Part shown: positions 10,440-18,235 of the stretch, in pieces
Position numbering within the stretch: the stretch's first letter is position 1
Layout of the letters: each line of letters opens with the position of its first letter
NCBI GenBank assembly: GCA_034115005.1
Contig: JAXEUE010000091.1
Coordinates: forward strand, 1-53,915
Length of the DNA stretch: 53,915 bases
From: Blautia sp.
GTDB taxonomy: Bacteria; Bacillota; Clostridia; Lachnospirales; Lachnospiraceae
Direction of reading: 5' to 3'
Notes under the pieces: generated by a model
The model's database searches: none
What the model was told of the DNA's origin: nothing
The model's input: only the letters and a program-made list of their open reading frames with translations
Made by a program: the position numbers and the translations under genes

Positions 10440-11366
10440 CTACCTGCTGCTTAATGCCCCGTTAATATCTGCGATCATATCTTTCACAGCCTGCCTGGAA
10501 GCATCTGCATAATTTCTTTCACCAAAAGATGCATACTTTTCCTGTTTATATGCAGCAATAATTCCACGGGAGGAATTAACAATGGCACCCAGTCCATCCG
10601 GATTAAAGAAAGGAACAAGATCAGCTCCCTTTCCACCCTGTGCCCCATAACCAGGTACAAGTATAAAGATCTTTGGCATAATCTTACGGAGAGTTTTTCC
10701 CATTTCCGGATAGGTAGCTCCTACCACTGCACCTACATAACTGTAGCTGTCTCCCATAAATTCTTCACCCCACTGGGCAACCTTTTCGCCGACCCATTCA
10801 TAAAGAGGTCTTCCCTCAACGATTCTGTCCTGAAATTCTCCACTGGATGGATTGGAAGTCTTAACCAGAATGAAGATTCCTTTCTTTTCTTCTTTACATA
10901 CATCAATAAAGGGTTTCACTCCATCTGTACCAAAGTAAGGATTTACTGTGGCAAAGTCTTCATCAAAAGCAGCATATTTCCTGCTTCCCACCTGGACTTT
11001 TCCCAGATGTCCTGTAGCATATGCCGCAGAAGTGGATCCGATGTCTCCACGTTTAATATCCCCAATTACGATCAGGCCTTTTTCCCTGCAGTAATCAATA
11101 GTATTCTTATAAACCATCAGACCTGGAATTCCAAACTGTTCATACATTGCAATCTGTGGTTTCACGGCGGGAATAAGATCATATATTGCATCTACTATTC
11201 CTTTGTTAAACTGCCAGATTGCCTCCGCTGCACCTTCCAGTGTTTCTCCAAGCTCTGAAAAGGCTTTCTCCTTAATGTATCCGGGAATGTAGCTAAGCAT
11301 AGGATCCAGCCCTGCCACAACCGGTGCATTGGTTTTACGTATCTTTTCTACAAGTTTGTTAATCAT
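10440..11366 (-). CDS. pyrF: Orotidine-5'-phosphate decarboxylase (long type)
   Basis: GLDP, VKPQ, DIKRGDIGST, KTSNP, VVGAT, LVPGYGAQG, NSSR. Confidence 0.96.
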   Translation of the reverse strand: MINKLVEKIRKTNAPVVAGLDPMLSYIPGYIKEKAFSELGETLEGAAEAIWQFNKGIVDAIYDLIPAVKPQIAMYEQFGIPGLMVYKNTIDYCREKGLIVIGDIKRGDIGSTSAAYATGHLGKVQVGSRKYAAFDEDFATVNPYFGTDGVKPFIDVCKEEKKGIFILVKTSNPSSGEFQDRIVEGRPLYEWVGEKVAQWGEEFMGDSYSYVGAVVGATYPEMGKTLRKIMPKIFILVPGYGAQGGKGADLVPFFNPDGLGAIVNSSRGIIAAYKQEKYASFGERNYADASRQAVKDMIADINGALSSR

Positions 11367-12685
11367 GAATTGTCTCCTCCTGGTATTTGTATATTGCTGT
11401 TATTCTCATAAATTATCTTTCCGTCACAGACGGTATATAAAATTTGTCCTTTTACTTTCCATCCATCAAACGGAGTGTTACGTCCTTTGGAAGCAAATTT
11501 ATTCTTATCAATAGCATATTCGTGATCTATGTCTGCAATAACCAGATCCGCAGGATGTCCTTCCTGAAGAGTGCCGCTTTCAATTCCAAGGATCCGTGCA
11601 GGATTCAGACTCATTTTTTCTACAAGCTGAGTCAGGGTCAGAACACCCGTTTCCACAAGAGCCGTATAAGACAAGGCAAAGCTGGTCTCAAGTCCTACGA
11701 TTCCAAATGCTGCCTCTTTCATAGAGCCTGATTTTTCTTTCGCTCCATGAGGAGCATGATCTGTACTGATAACCTTGATCGAACCATCCTTCAGCCCTTC
11801 AATCAAGGCCTTTACATCTTTATCTGTACGAAGGGGAGGATTCATTTTATAATTGGGATCATCCCGTTTAATATCATCAGATGTAAGAATGAAATGATGG
11901 GGGCAAACCTCTGCAGTGATCTGGTCGCCCAGACCCTCATCTTTAATGATCTTCATCATTTTCGCCACACCTTCTGTAGAACAGTGGCAAAGATGAAGCC
12001 TTGCGCCTGTTTCTCTGGCCAGCAGAATATCTCTGGCTGCGATCACATCTTCTGTAGCATTGCAGATTCCGGGAAGCCCAAGTCTTCTGGAATTCTCATC
12101 CTCATTCATACAGCCTTTTCCCCTGAGATTAATATCTTCACAATGTGCAAAAACAGGAATATTGCATTTCCTGGCAATCTGCATTGCTTCTCTGCAGAGC
12201 CTGCTGTTCATCACAGATTTCCCGTCTTCGGAAAGTGCCGGTATTCCGGCTTCTGCCATCCCTTCAATGTCAGAAAGCTCTTCTCCTTTCTCTCCCTGAG
12301 TGACTGCGCCTGCCTGAAGCACATGAATTCCGGACAGCTGTTTCGCTTTATTATAAACATAATTCACTCTGTCCGGATTATCTATCACTGGTGTTGTATT
12401 AGGCATGGCAACTACAGTAGTTACTCCTCCTCTGGCCGCCGCCCGGGAGCCTGTCTCAATATCCTCCTTATGTGTCTGGCCCGGATCCCGGAAATGTACA
12501 TGAAGATCAATAAAACCAGGCATTACCACACAGCCTTTTGCATCAATGATCCTGTCTGCTTTATCCTTTACCTTCAGTTTATCTCCAATCTCAGAGATCA
12601 CGCCATTCTCAAGATAAATATCTCCTGTTCTGTCTGTATCTGCAGCTGCATCAATGATACGTCCTCCACGGATCAGAATACCCAT
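11363..12685 (-). CDS. pyrC: Dihydroorotase (type I)
   Basis: PGFIDLHVHFRDPG, MPNT, HCED, CPHH, KMNPPLR, TDHAPH, SKGRNTPF. Confidence 0.96.
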   Translation of the reverse strand: MGILIRGGRIIDAAADTDRTGDIYLENGVISEIGDKLKVKDKADRIIDAKGCVVMPGFIDLHVHFRDPGQTHKEDIETGSRAAARGGVTTVVAMPNTTPVIDNPDRVNYVYNKAKQLSGIHVLQAGAVTQGEKGEELSDIEGMAEAGIPALSEDGKSVMNSRLCREAMQIARKCNIPVFAHCEDINLRGKGCMNEDENSRRLGLPGICNATEDVIAARDILLARETGARLHLCHCSTEGVAKMMKIIKDEGLGDQITAEVCPHHFILTSDDIKRDDPNYKMNPPLRTDKDVKALIEGLKDGSIKVISTDHAPHGAKEKSGSMKEAAFGIVGLETSFALSYTALVETGVLTLTQLVEKMSLNPARILGIESGTLQEGHPADLVIADIDHEYAIDKNKFASKGRNTPFDGWKVKGQILYTVCDGKIIYENNSNIQIPGGDNS

Positions 12686-12843
12686 ACAATAATCCCCTTT
12701 CTTATAATTTTATTATACAATCAGGACAAATATCCTCCACTAAATGACATAATATAACTAATATACATAATACACGAAACAGAACATTTTATAAAGAGTT
12801 TTTTTATTTCTATGAGCTCAAAGAAAAGTAATTGTTTTAATGC

Positions 12844-12872
12844 TTGACAATTTAAAATAGCAGATATATAAT
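12844..12872 (+). promoter_or_regulatory. Consensus sigma-A promoter of the cold-shock gene
   Basis: TTGACA (12844-12849), 17 bp, TATAAT (12867-12872); implies an approximately 130-nt AU-rich 5' UTR. Confidence 0.85.
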
Positions 12873-13007
12873 CAAAACATATCTGGATTATTTAATGTAA
12901 AGTCACTATTTTTTAGAGATTATATTACATGATATAGTCTGTAAAAACTGGTGATTTTTTATTGCCAGAATTCTATTTAATTTTTTTATTTTTATGGAGG
13001 TAACGAC

Positions 13008-13208
13008 ATGAACAAGGGAACTGTAAAATGGTTCAACGCAGAAAAAGGTTACGGATTTATTACCGGTGAAGACGGTGCAGACGTATTTGTACATTTCTCC
13101 GCAATCAATGGTGAAGGATTCAAATCTCTCGAAGAGGGTCAGGCTGTAACATACGACTTAACAGAGGGCGCACGTGGCATGCAGGCTGCTAATGTTACAA
13201 AGTTATAA
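13008..13208 (+). CDS. Cold-shock protein (CspA family)
   Basis: [15 protein letters not shown] (RNP1), VFVHFSAI (RNP2); GGAGG RBS. Confidence 0.98.
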   Translation: MNKGTVKWFNAEKGYGFITGEDGADVFVHFSAINGEGFKSLEEGQAVTYDLTEGARGMQAANVTKL

Positions 13209-13245
13209 TTCAGATTTCTGAATTTGCCCGGTAACGACTAAAGGG

Positions 13246-13285
13246 GAGCAGGTTCTTCTGTTTTTGAAGAGTCTGCTCTGTTTTT
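13246..13285 (+). terminator. Intrinsic terminator of csp
   Basis: GAGCAGGTTCTTC...GAAGAGTCTGCTC stem followed by a T-run. Confidence 0.65.
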
Positions 13286-13287
13286 AT

Positions 13288-13327
13288 ATACAGAAAAGAC
13301 GACTGTTACCAGCCGTCTTTTCTGTAT
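13288..13327. terminator. Hairpin or terminator between convergent genes
   Basis: ATACAGAAAAGACG...CGTCTTTTCTGTAT perfect 14-bp inverted repeat. Confidence 0.7.
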
Positions 13328-13349
13328 TTTAATTATGTCCATGTAACTT

Positions 13350-13781
13350 TCAATTCTGGGATTCCGTAGTTGCTTCTTCTGTAGTCACTTCTTCCGTTGT
13401 CTCTTCTTCTGTTGTCTCTTCTTCTGTTGTCTCTTCTTCTGTTGTCTCTTCTGCCTCGGTGGTTTCTGCTTCAGTAATTTCGGTCTCTTCTGTTTTCTCA
13501 GTTTCAGTGGATGAAGCATCATCAGAATCTTCGGAAGTCTGTGTATAAAGCTGAGATAAATAATTATCCAGTGCAGTAGTATCCATAACTGTACTCTGAA
13601 CCACTTCTTCTTTACTGCCCACAACCTTTACATAAGCGGAATATCCGATCCATCCAACTATTGCAACACAGATAAATGCCCAGGCAAACATTTCCAGAAC
13701 AAACAGCGTTCTCTCTTTCTTATCTGCCTTCCCATGACGCATCTTTCTGGCTTTATGTTCATCAACTTTTTTCTGGCTCAT
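13350..13781 (-). CDS. Single-TM hypothetical protein with acidic Thr/Glu-rich repeat tail
   Basis: Start moved to MSQKKVD at 13781 (AGGAG RBS); one TM segment; C-terminal TTEEE repeats. Confidence 0.75.
   Translation of the reverse strand: MSQKKVDEHKARKMRHGKADKKERTLFVLEMFAWAFICVAIVGWIGYSAYVKVVGSKEEVVQSTVMDTTALDNYLSQLYTQTSEDSDDASSTETEKTEETEITEAETTEAEETTEEETTEEETTEEETTEEVTTEEATTESQN
13371..13452. repeat. 15-bp coding tandem repeat (about 5 copies, TTEEE)
   Basis: CTCTTCTTCTGTTGT exact three times at 13401-13445, plus two degenerate copies to the left. Confidence 0.85.
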
Positions 13782-13859
13782 GATGTATCTCCTTTGCATT
13801 TCAATCTCGTATTCTCATATTATAACACATCCTGATGTAAAAGAAAATAGAGAAAAAAA

Positions 13860-14702
13860 TTAAACTGCAACAATTACACCGCCGTCATTTGCGTACATAG
13901 TACTTACTCCCGCAGTATCCAGTACGATAATACGGGCAAGCTTCATTCTTTCCTCCAGAACACTCTTAAGCATCTGGGCCCTCGGAGCACAATTGCAATG
14001 GCTGATAGCCAGAACCTTATTTTCACTGTCCCTGGTTTTTTCAACAATCTGCTCTACCATTCTGATTAAAGCTCTGTTCATTCCACGTGCCTGATCCAGC
14101 TGGCATATATTCCCATCAGGAGTAGATCCCATAACTGGTTTGATCTTAAGAGCGCTGGCAACAAATGCTTTGACCTTGCTTAATCTTCCATTTTTTCTTA
14201 ATGTTTCCAGATTTTCAAGTACAAAAAAAGTATTCTGGCTTTCTATATAACGCTCTACTGTAGCTATGGTTTTCTCAAATCCCATACCTGCTTCTTCACA
14301 TTCCTGAATTTTCAGGGCAATTAGTGTCTGTCCTATGGAAGCCGAACAAGAATTAAAGACATGTATTTTTTTATCCGGGCAGTCCTCCAAAAGAAGATTT
14401 CTGCCAAGAAGAGCACTGTTATAGGAACCACTCAATTCTGCCGAAAGTGTGACCGCATATATATGTTCAGCGTCACAGTCAAACGCCCTCATATATCTCT
14501 CCGGAGATGGACATGCAGATTTAGGGCATTCCGGACATTCAGCCACTTTTCTCAAAAAACTCTCCTGATCAAATGTTTCATCATCTATGATCTGCTCTGT
14601 TCCAACCGTTAGTGTAAGAGGTACAGATTCAAAATGTTCATTGTTTTTCCATTCATCCAAAAGTTCTCCGCAACTATCTATGATAATCTTATATCTCATC
14701 AT
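13860..14702 (-). CDS. DegV family fatty-acid-binding protein (FakB-like)
   Basis: IIDS, PKSACPS, LSAELSGSY, LETLRKNGR, IKPV; start moved to MMRYK at 14702 (GAGG RBS). Confidence 0.9.
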   Translation of the reverse strand: MMRYKIIIDSCGELLDEWKNNEHFESVPLTLTVGTEQIIDDETFDQESFLRKVAECPECPKSACPSPERYMRAFDCDAEHIYAVTLSAELSGSYNSALLGRNLLLEDCPDKKIHVFNSCSASIGQTLIALKIQECEEAGMGFEKTIATVERYIESQNTFFVLENLETLRKNGRLSKVKAFVASALKIKPVMGSTPDGNICQLDQARGMNRALIRMVEQIVEKTRDSENKVLAISHCNCAPRAQMLKSVLEERMKLARIIVLDTAGVSTMYANDGGVIVAV

Positions 14703-14888
14703 ATTGTCCTCTTTCCCATCATATGTAGTATTCAATACCAGATATATATTATCATACTGTTGCACATTTGAAAAGTATTTTTATTAAAACTCTGTTCTTT
14801 TTTTTTAACGTGATTTATAATTTAAGAAAGAAACTCACTGTCATCATCCTGGATCATTTCCCGGATCTATGACACAGAAAGGAATTTT

Positions 14889-15389
14889 ATGCTTGCATTA
14901 ACAATTATGAATATTAAAGATTTTATGAATAAATTACTGATTGGTAATGTGTTTGATCATTTTTCTCTTGTTGAAGCCACCATTACCACATTTAACATTT
15001 TCAACATTGACGGCCGACTTCAACAGGATTTCTTTGATTCTGATATCAAAGACTCACTTAGAGAAAAATGTATGGAATATTCCATATGGCATGATATAAA
15101 GCCTTTTTGTTTCTCAATCATCCGCGGCAAACGCACTCCTCTGAATTTTAAGATCATTTTGCAGGTTCCTCAACGCCAGGTACAAAAACTCCTCGCAGAT
15201 AAAAAAGTTATTCTCCCAGACAATATCTGCAGCCTTTACCTGAATCTTCAATATAAAAACCAGTCACTTCTATGTACTTCAGGTGTTTCTTATTCATCCT
15301 TCTTCCAGGACAGGAAGCTGGAACACTTATGGGATGACTATCTTAAGGATTTTCTGACCGGACATGGAATTCTGTTTCAAAGCCTGTAG
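14889..15389 (+). CDS. Conserved hypothetical protein (DUF5721-like)
   Basis: IKDFMNKLL...FD.F, I.GKRTPL.FK, WD; AAAGGA RBS. Family recalled from memory. Confidence 0.65.
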   Translation: MLALTIMNIKDFMNKLLIGNVFDHFSLVEATITTFNIFNIDGRLQQDFFDSDIKDSLREKCMEYSIWHDIKPFCFSIIRGKRTPLNFKIILQVPQRQVQKLLADKKVILPDNICSLYLNLQYKNQSLLCTSGVSYSSFFQDRKLEHLWDDYLKDFLTGHGILFQSL

Positions 15390-15406
15390 TATTTTCGTAT
15401 TTCCAG

Positions 15407-15751
15407 TCAATTTTGCTGTGCCACCTTATCCTCTGTTTTATACATATAATATGCCAGAATATCTATAAATTCACTGTTGGTCGGCTTGTAGTCCATAGTG
15501 CATCCTGCAATTTCCTCCAGTACATCTTTGTGATTAACCCAGCATAAGTTCACCAGTGTACGGATATTATGTTCTATATTAGAAGGTGTTGACTTATATT
15601 TTCTTGCAAGTATGGGATAAATGTCCTTCGTAATTTTAAGCGGCCGTTCCTGCATATTCATAGACAATTTAACAGCATCTGCCACATAATAATATCCTTT
15701 ATATTTGGATGTCGCACCCAGTTTCCTGATTAATCCATATATTTCACTCAT
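15407..15751 (-). CDS. Stand-alone Spo0A C-terminal (DNA-binding) domain protein
   Basis: KGYYY, ITKDIYPILA.KY..TPS.IE..IR, KPTNSEFI; no receiver domain; start at 15751 with GGAGG RBS. Confidence 0.88.
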   Translation of the reverse strand: MSEIYGLIRKLGATSKYKGYYYVADAVKLSMNMQERPLKITKDIYPILARKYKSTPSNIEHNIRTLVNLCWVNHKDVLEEIAGCTMDYKPTNSEFIDILAYYMYKTEDKVAQQN

Positions 15752-15962
15752 TCTTCTTCCTCCTTCAACAAAACCAAACAAGCATTTTTTAATCTGATTT
15801 TTCCATCTTCTTCCTCCCTTTTATAATACAATAAATAAAAATAATTTTTTCTTTTTGGAAATAATCCGTCACTTTTCACATAAACACGACATCTTTCTAT
15901 CAAAATACCAGCATAATTAGCATAAAATCTGAAAGTTATTTTGTCAATAGAAAATATACAAA

Positions 15963-15995
15963 ATTTTAGCCCAGATTGTTCTTCTGGGCTAAAAT
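15963..15995 (-). terminator. Intrinsic terminator of htpG
   Basis: ATTTTAGCCCAGA-7nt-TCTGGGCTAAAAT perfect 13-bp stem just after the htpG stop. Confidence 0.75.
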
Positions 15996-16008
15996 ACGAG
16001 AATTCTTA

Positions 16009-18069
16009 TTATTTTGTCAGCATAATTAAGATTTTGTTGCTTCTTTGTACGAATTTTGTCATCTCTTCCGGTGAAAGTTGTTTATGACTGATCATTGCCA
16101 GATCATAAAGCTGTTCACATATTACAGGTACATTTTCGGAATCTTTATTCTCTGCCAGATATTTTACCAGAGGATGATTTGCATTTAATACAAGAGTTTC
16201 CTGATCTTCAAACATATCTGCATTCATTCCATACATGTTATACATCTTCATCATATCCTGCATACGACGGCTTTCCTCAGAAAGAGTAACCATTGCTGCA
16301 ACATTCTCATTCTTCAGATTCTCTACATGTACTTCAAGTTTATCCTTATTAAGATTCTTACGGAAAAGTTCTGTAAGAGCCTTTACTGTATCTTCATCAG
16401 CAGTACCCTCAGCTTTCATTTCTTCTGTAACGTCTGCATCAATTCTCATAAACCGGATGTCCTGATGCTTCTGCTCCAGGCTGGAAATAAACGGACTGTC
16501 AATGTTATGCTTCAGAATAACCGCATCTTTACCGGCTTCCTTAAACATGTTGATATACTGGCTCTGCTGAACCTCATCAGTTACATAAAAGATTGTTGTT
16601 TTTTCCGGTTCTTTCTCTTCCGGTTCTTCTTCATCTGTTTTTTCTTCTTCCGGTTTCTTTTCTTCTGTTTCCGGTGTTTCTTCTTTCTTATTCTCTTCAA
16701 TGCAGTCTTTCAATGTAAGATATTTACCATCAATGTTTTTGAAGAGAATATAATCACTCATTTTTTCTGCAAATTTGGAATCCTTTATGCAGCCAAATTT
16801 GATAAACGGGCTGATGTCATCCCAGTATTTTTCATAAGACTCACGATCGGTTTTACACATTCCAATAAGTTTTTCTGCAACTTTCTTAGAAATATACTCA
16901 GAAATCTTCTTTACAAATCCATCATTCTGTAAAGCGCTTCTGGATACGTTAAGTGGAAGATCCGGACAGTCAATAACACCTTTCAGCAGCATAAGAAATT
17001 CAGGAATTACTTCCTTGATGTTGTCTGCAATAAATACCTGGTTATTATACAGCTTAATTGTTCCTTCAATGGAATCATACTCTGTATTAATCTTGGGGAA
17101 GTACAGAATTCCCTTTAAATTAAACGGATAATCCATATTCAGATGAATCCAGAACAATGGTTCTTTATAATCCATAAATACTTTACGGTAAAATTCCTTG
17201 TACTCCTCATCTGTACATTCATTTGGATGTTTCATCCACAGTGGATGTGTATCACTTATTGATACCGGACGCTTATTGATCTTGACTTTATCCTTCGCAG
17301 GAGAAACCTCAACAATCTCTTTTTCTCCTTTGTCATTTTCTTTTTCTTCTGTTTTGGCATCCTCGTGAATACGTTCTACGATCACATCATCATCTTTTAA
17401 TTCCGATTCATCAATTGTTTCATATTCCTGGGGAGCATTCGCTTTGGAAAGGAAAATCGGGACAGGCATAAAGGAGCAGTATTTTTCCAAAACCTCTCTC
17501 ACACGATATTCGTTGGCAAATTCCAGACAGTCTTCATTAAGAAACAGAGTAATCTCTGTACCTACTGTATTTTTGTTTCCTTCCTGAATATCATATTCTG
17601 TACCGCCATCACAGGACCAATGTACAGGAGCAGCACCTTCAAGATAAGAAAGGGAATCAATATGGACCTCATCTGCAACCATAAATGCAGAATAAAATCC
17701 AAGTCCAAAATGGCCGATGATCTGATCATCTGTGGTTTTATCTTTATATTTTTCAAGAAACTGGGTAGCACCCGAAAAAGCTATCTGGGTAATATATTTT
17801 TCCACTTCATCGGCAGTCATACCAATACCATTATCAATAAACTTCAGAGTCTTTTCATCAGGATTTACGATCACCTGAATTTCCGGTTTATAATTTTCAG
17901 GAAAGCTGTATTCACCCATTACTTCCAGTTTCTTAAGTTTAGTAATGGCATCACAGCCATTGGATACCAGCTCTCTGACGAAAATATCGTGATCAGAATA
18001 AAGCCATTTTTTTATGATCGGAAAAATATTCTCACTGTTAATTGATAAATTTCCATGTTTAGCATCCAT
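16009..18069 (-). CDS. htpG: Chaperone HtpG (Hsp90)
   Basis: LYSDHDIFVRELVSNGCDA, DNGIGMT, IGHFGLGFYSAFMVA, LPLNVSRS; start moved to 18069 (AGGAG RBS). Confidence 0.96.
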   Translation of the reverse strand: MDAKHGNLSINSENIFPIIKKWLYSDHDIFVRELVSNGCDAITKLKKLEVMGEYSFPENYKPEIQVIVNPDEKTLKFIDNGIGMTADEVEKYITQIAFSGATQFLEKYKDKTTDDQIIGHFGLGFYSAFMVADEVHIDSLSYLEGAAPVHWSCDGGTEYDIQEGNKNTVGTEITLFLNEDCLEFANEYRVREVLEKYCSFMPVPIFLSKANAPQEYETIDESELKDDDVIVERIHEDAKTEEKENDKGEKEIVEVSPAKDKVKINKRPVSISDTHPLWMKHPNECTDEEYKEFYRKVFMDYKEPLFWIHLNMDYPFNLKGILYFPKINTEYDSIEGTIKLYNNQVFIADNIKEVIPEFLMLLKGVIDCPDLPLNVSRSALQNDGFVKKISEYISKKVAEKLIGMCKTDRESYEKYWDDISPFIKFGCIKDSKFAEKMSDYILFKNIDGKYLTLKDCIEENKKEETPETEEKKPEEEKTDEEEPEEKEPEKTTIFYVTDEVQQSQYINMFKEAGKDAVILKHNIDSPFISSLEQKHQDIRFMRIDADVTEEMKAEGTADEDTVKALTELFRKNLNKDKLEVHVENLKNENVAAMVTLSEESRRMQDMMKMYNMYGMNADMFEDQETLVLNANHPLVKYLAENKDSENVPVICEQLYDLAMISHKQLSPEEMTKFVQRSNKILIMLTK

Positions 18070-18145
18070 GTTATATACACTCCTTTTTCTTTCCATTAAG
18101 TAATTCTGTAACCTTTTTATCATATCAGTTACTTATCTGAAAGAT

Positions 18146-18174
18146 ATAGTAATACGGTTTAGTCCAAAAGTCAA
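18146..18174 (-). promoter_or_regulatory. Sigma-A promoter of htpG
   Basis: Minus strand TTGACT (18174-18169), 17 bp, TACTAT (18151-18146). Confidence 0.7.
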
Positions 18175-18181
18175 GAAAAAA

Positions 18182-18208
18182 TTAGCACTCATTTAAAACG
18201 AGTGCTAA
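18182..18208. promoter_or_regulatory. CIRCE element (HrcA operator)
   Basis: Exact consensus TTAGCACTC-N9-GAGTGCTAA, 7 bp upstream of the htpG -35 box. Confidence 0.95.
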
Positions 18209-18235
18209 TTAATATAATTTTAAATCAATTTTATT

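Noticed and set aside
11747-12757. 336-aa plus-strand ORF
   Set aside because: Antisense shadow of pyrC with no recognisable motifs.
12686-12843. PyrR attenuator or PurR box upstream of pyrC
   Set aside because: No PyrR-binding loop or leader terminator is visible; AAACAGAACATT is only a weak single PurBox-like match.
14839-14874. Imperfect hairpin just before the DUF5721-like RBS
   Set aside because: It has several mismatches and does not cover the RBS; no support for a regulatory role.
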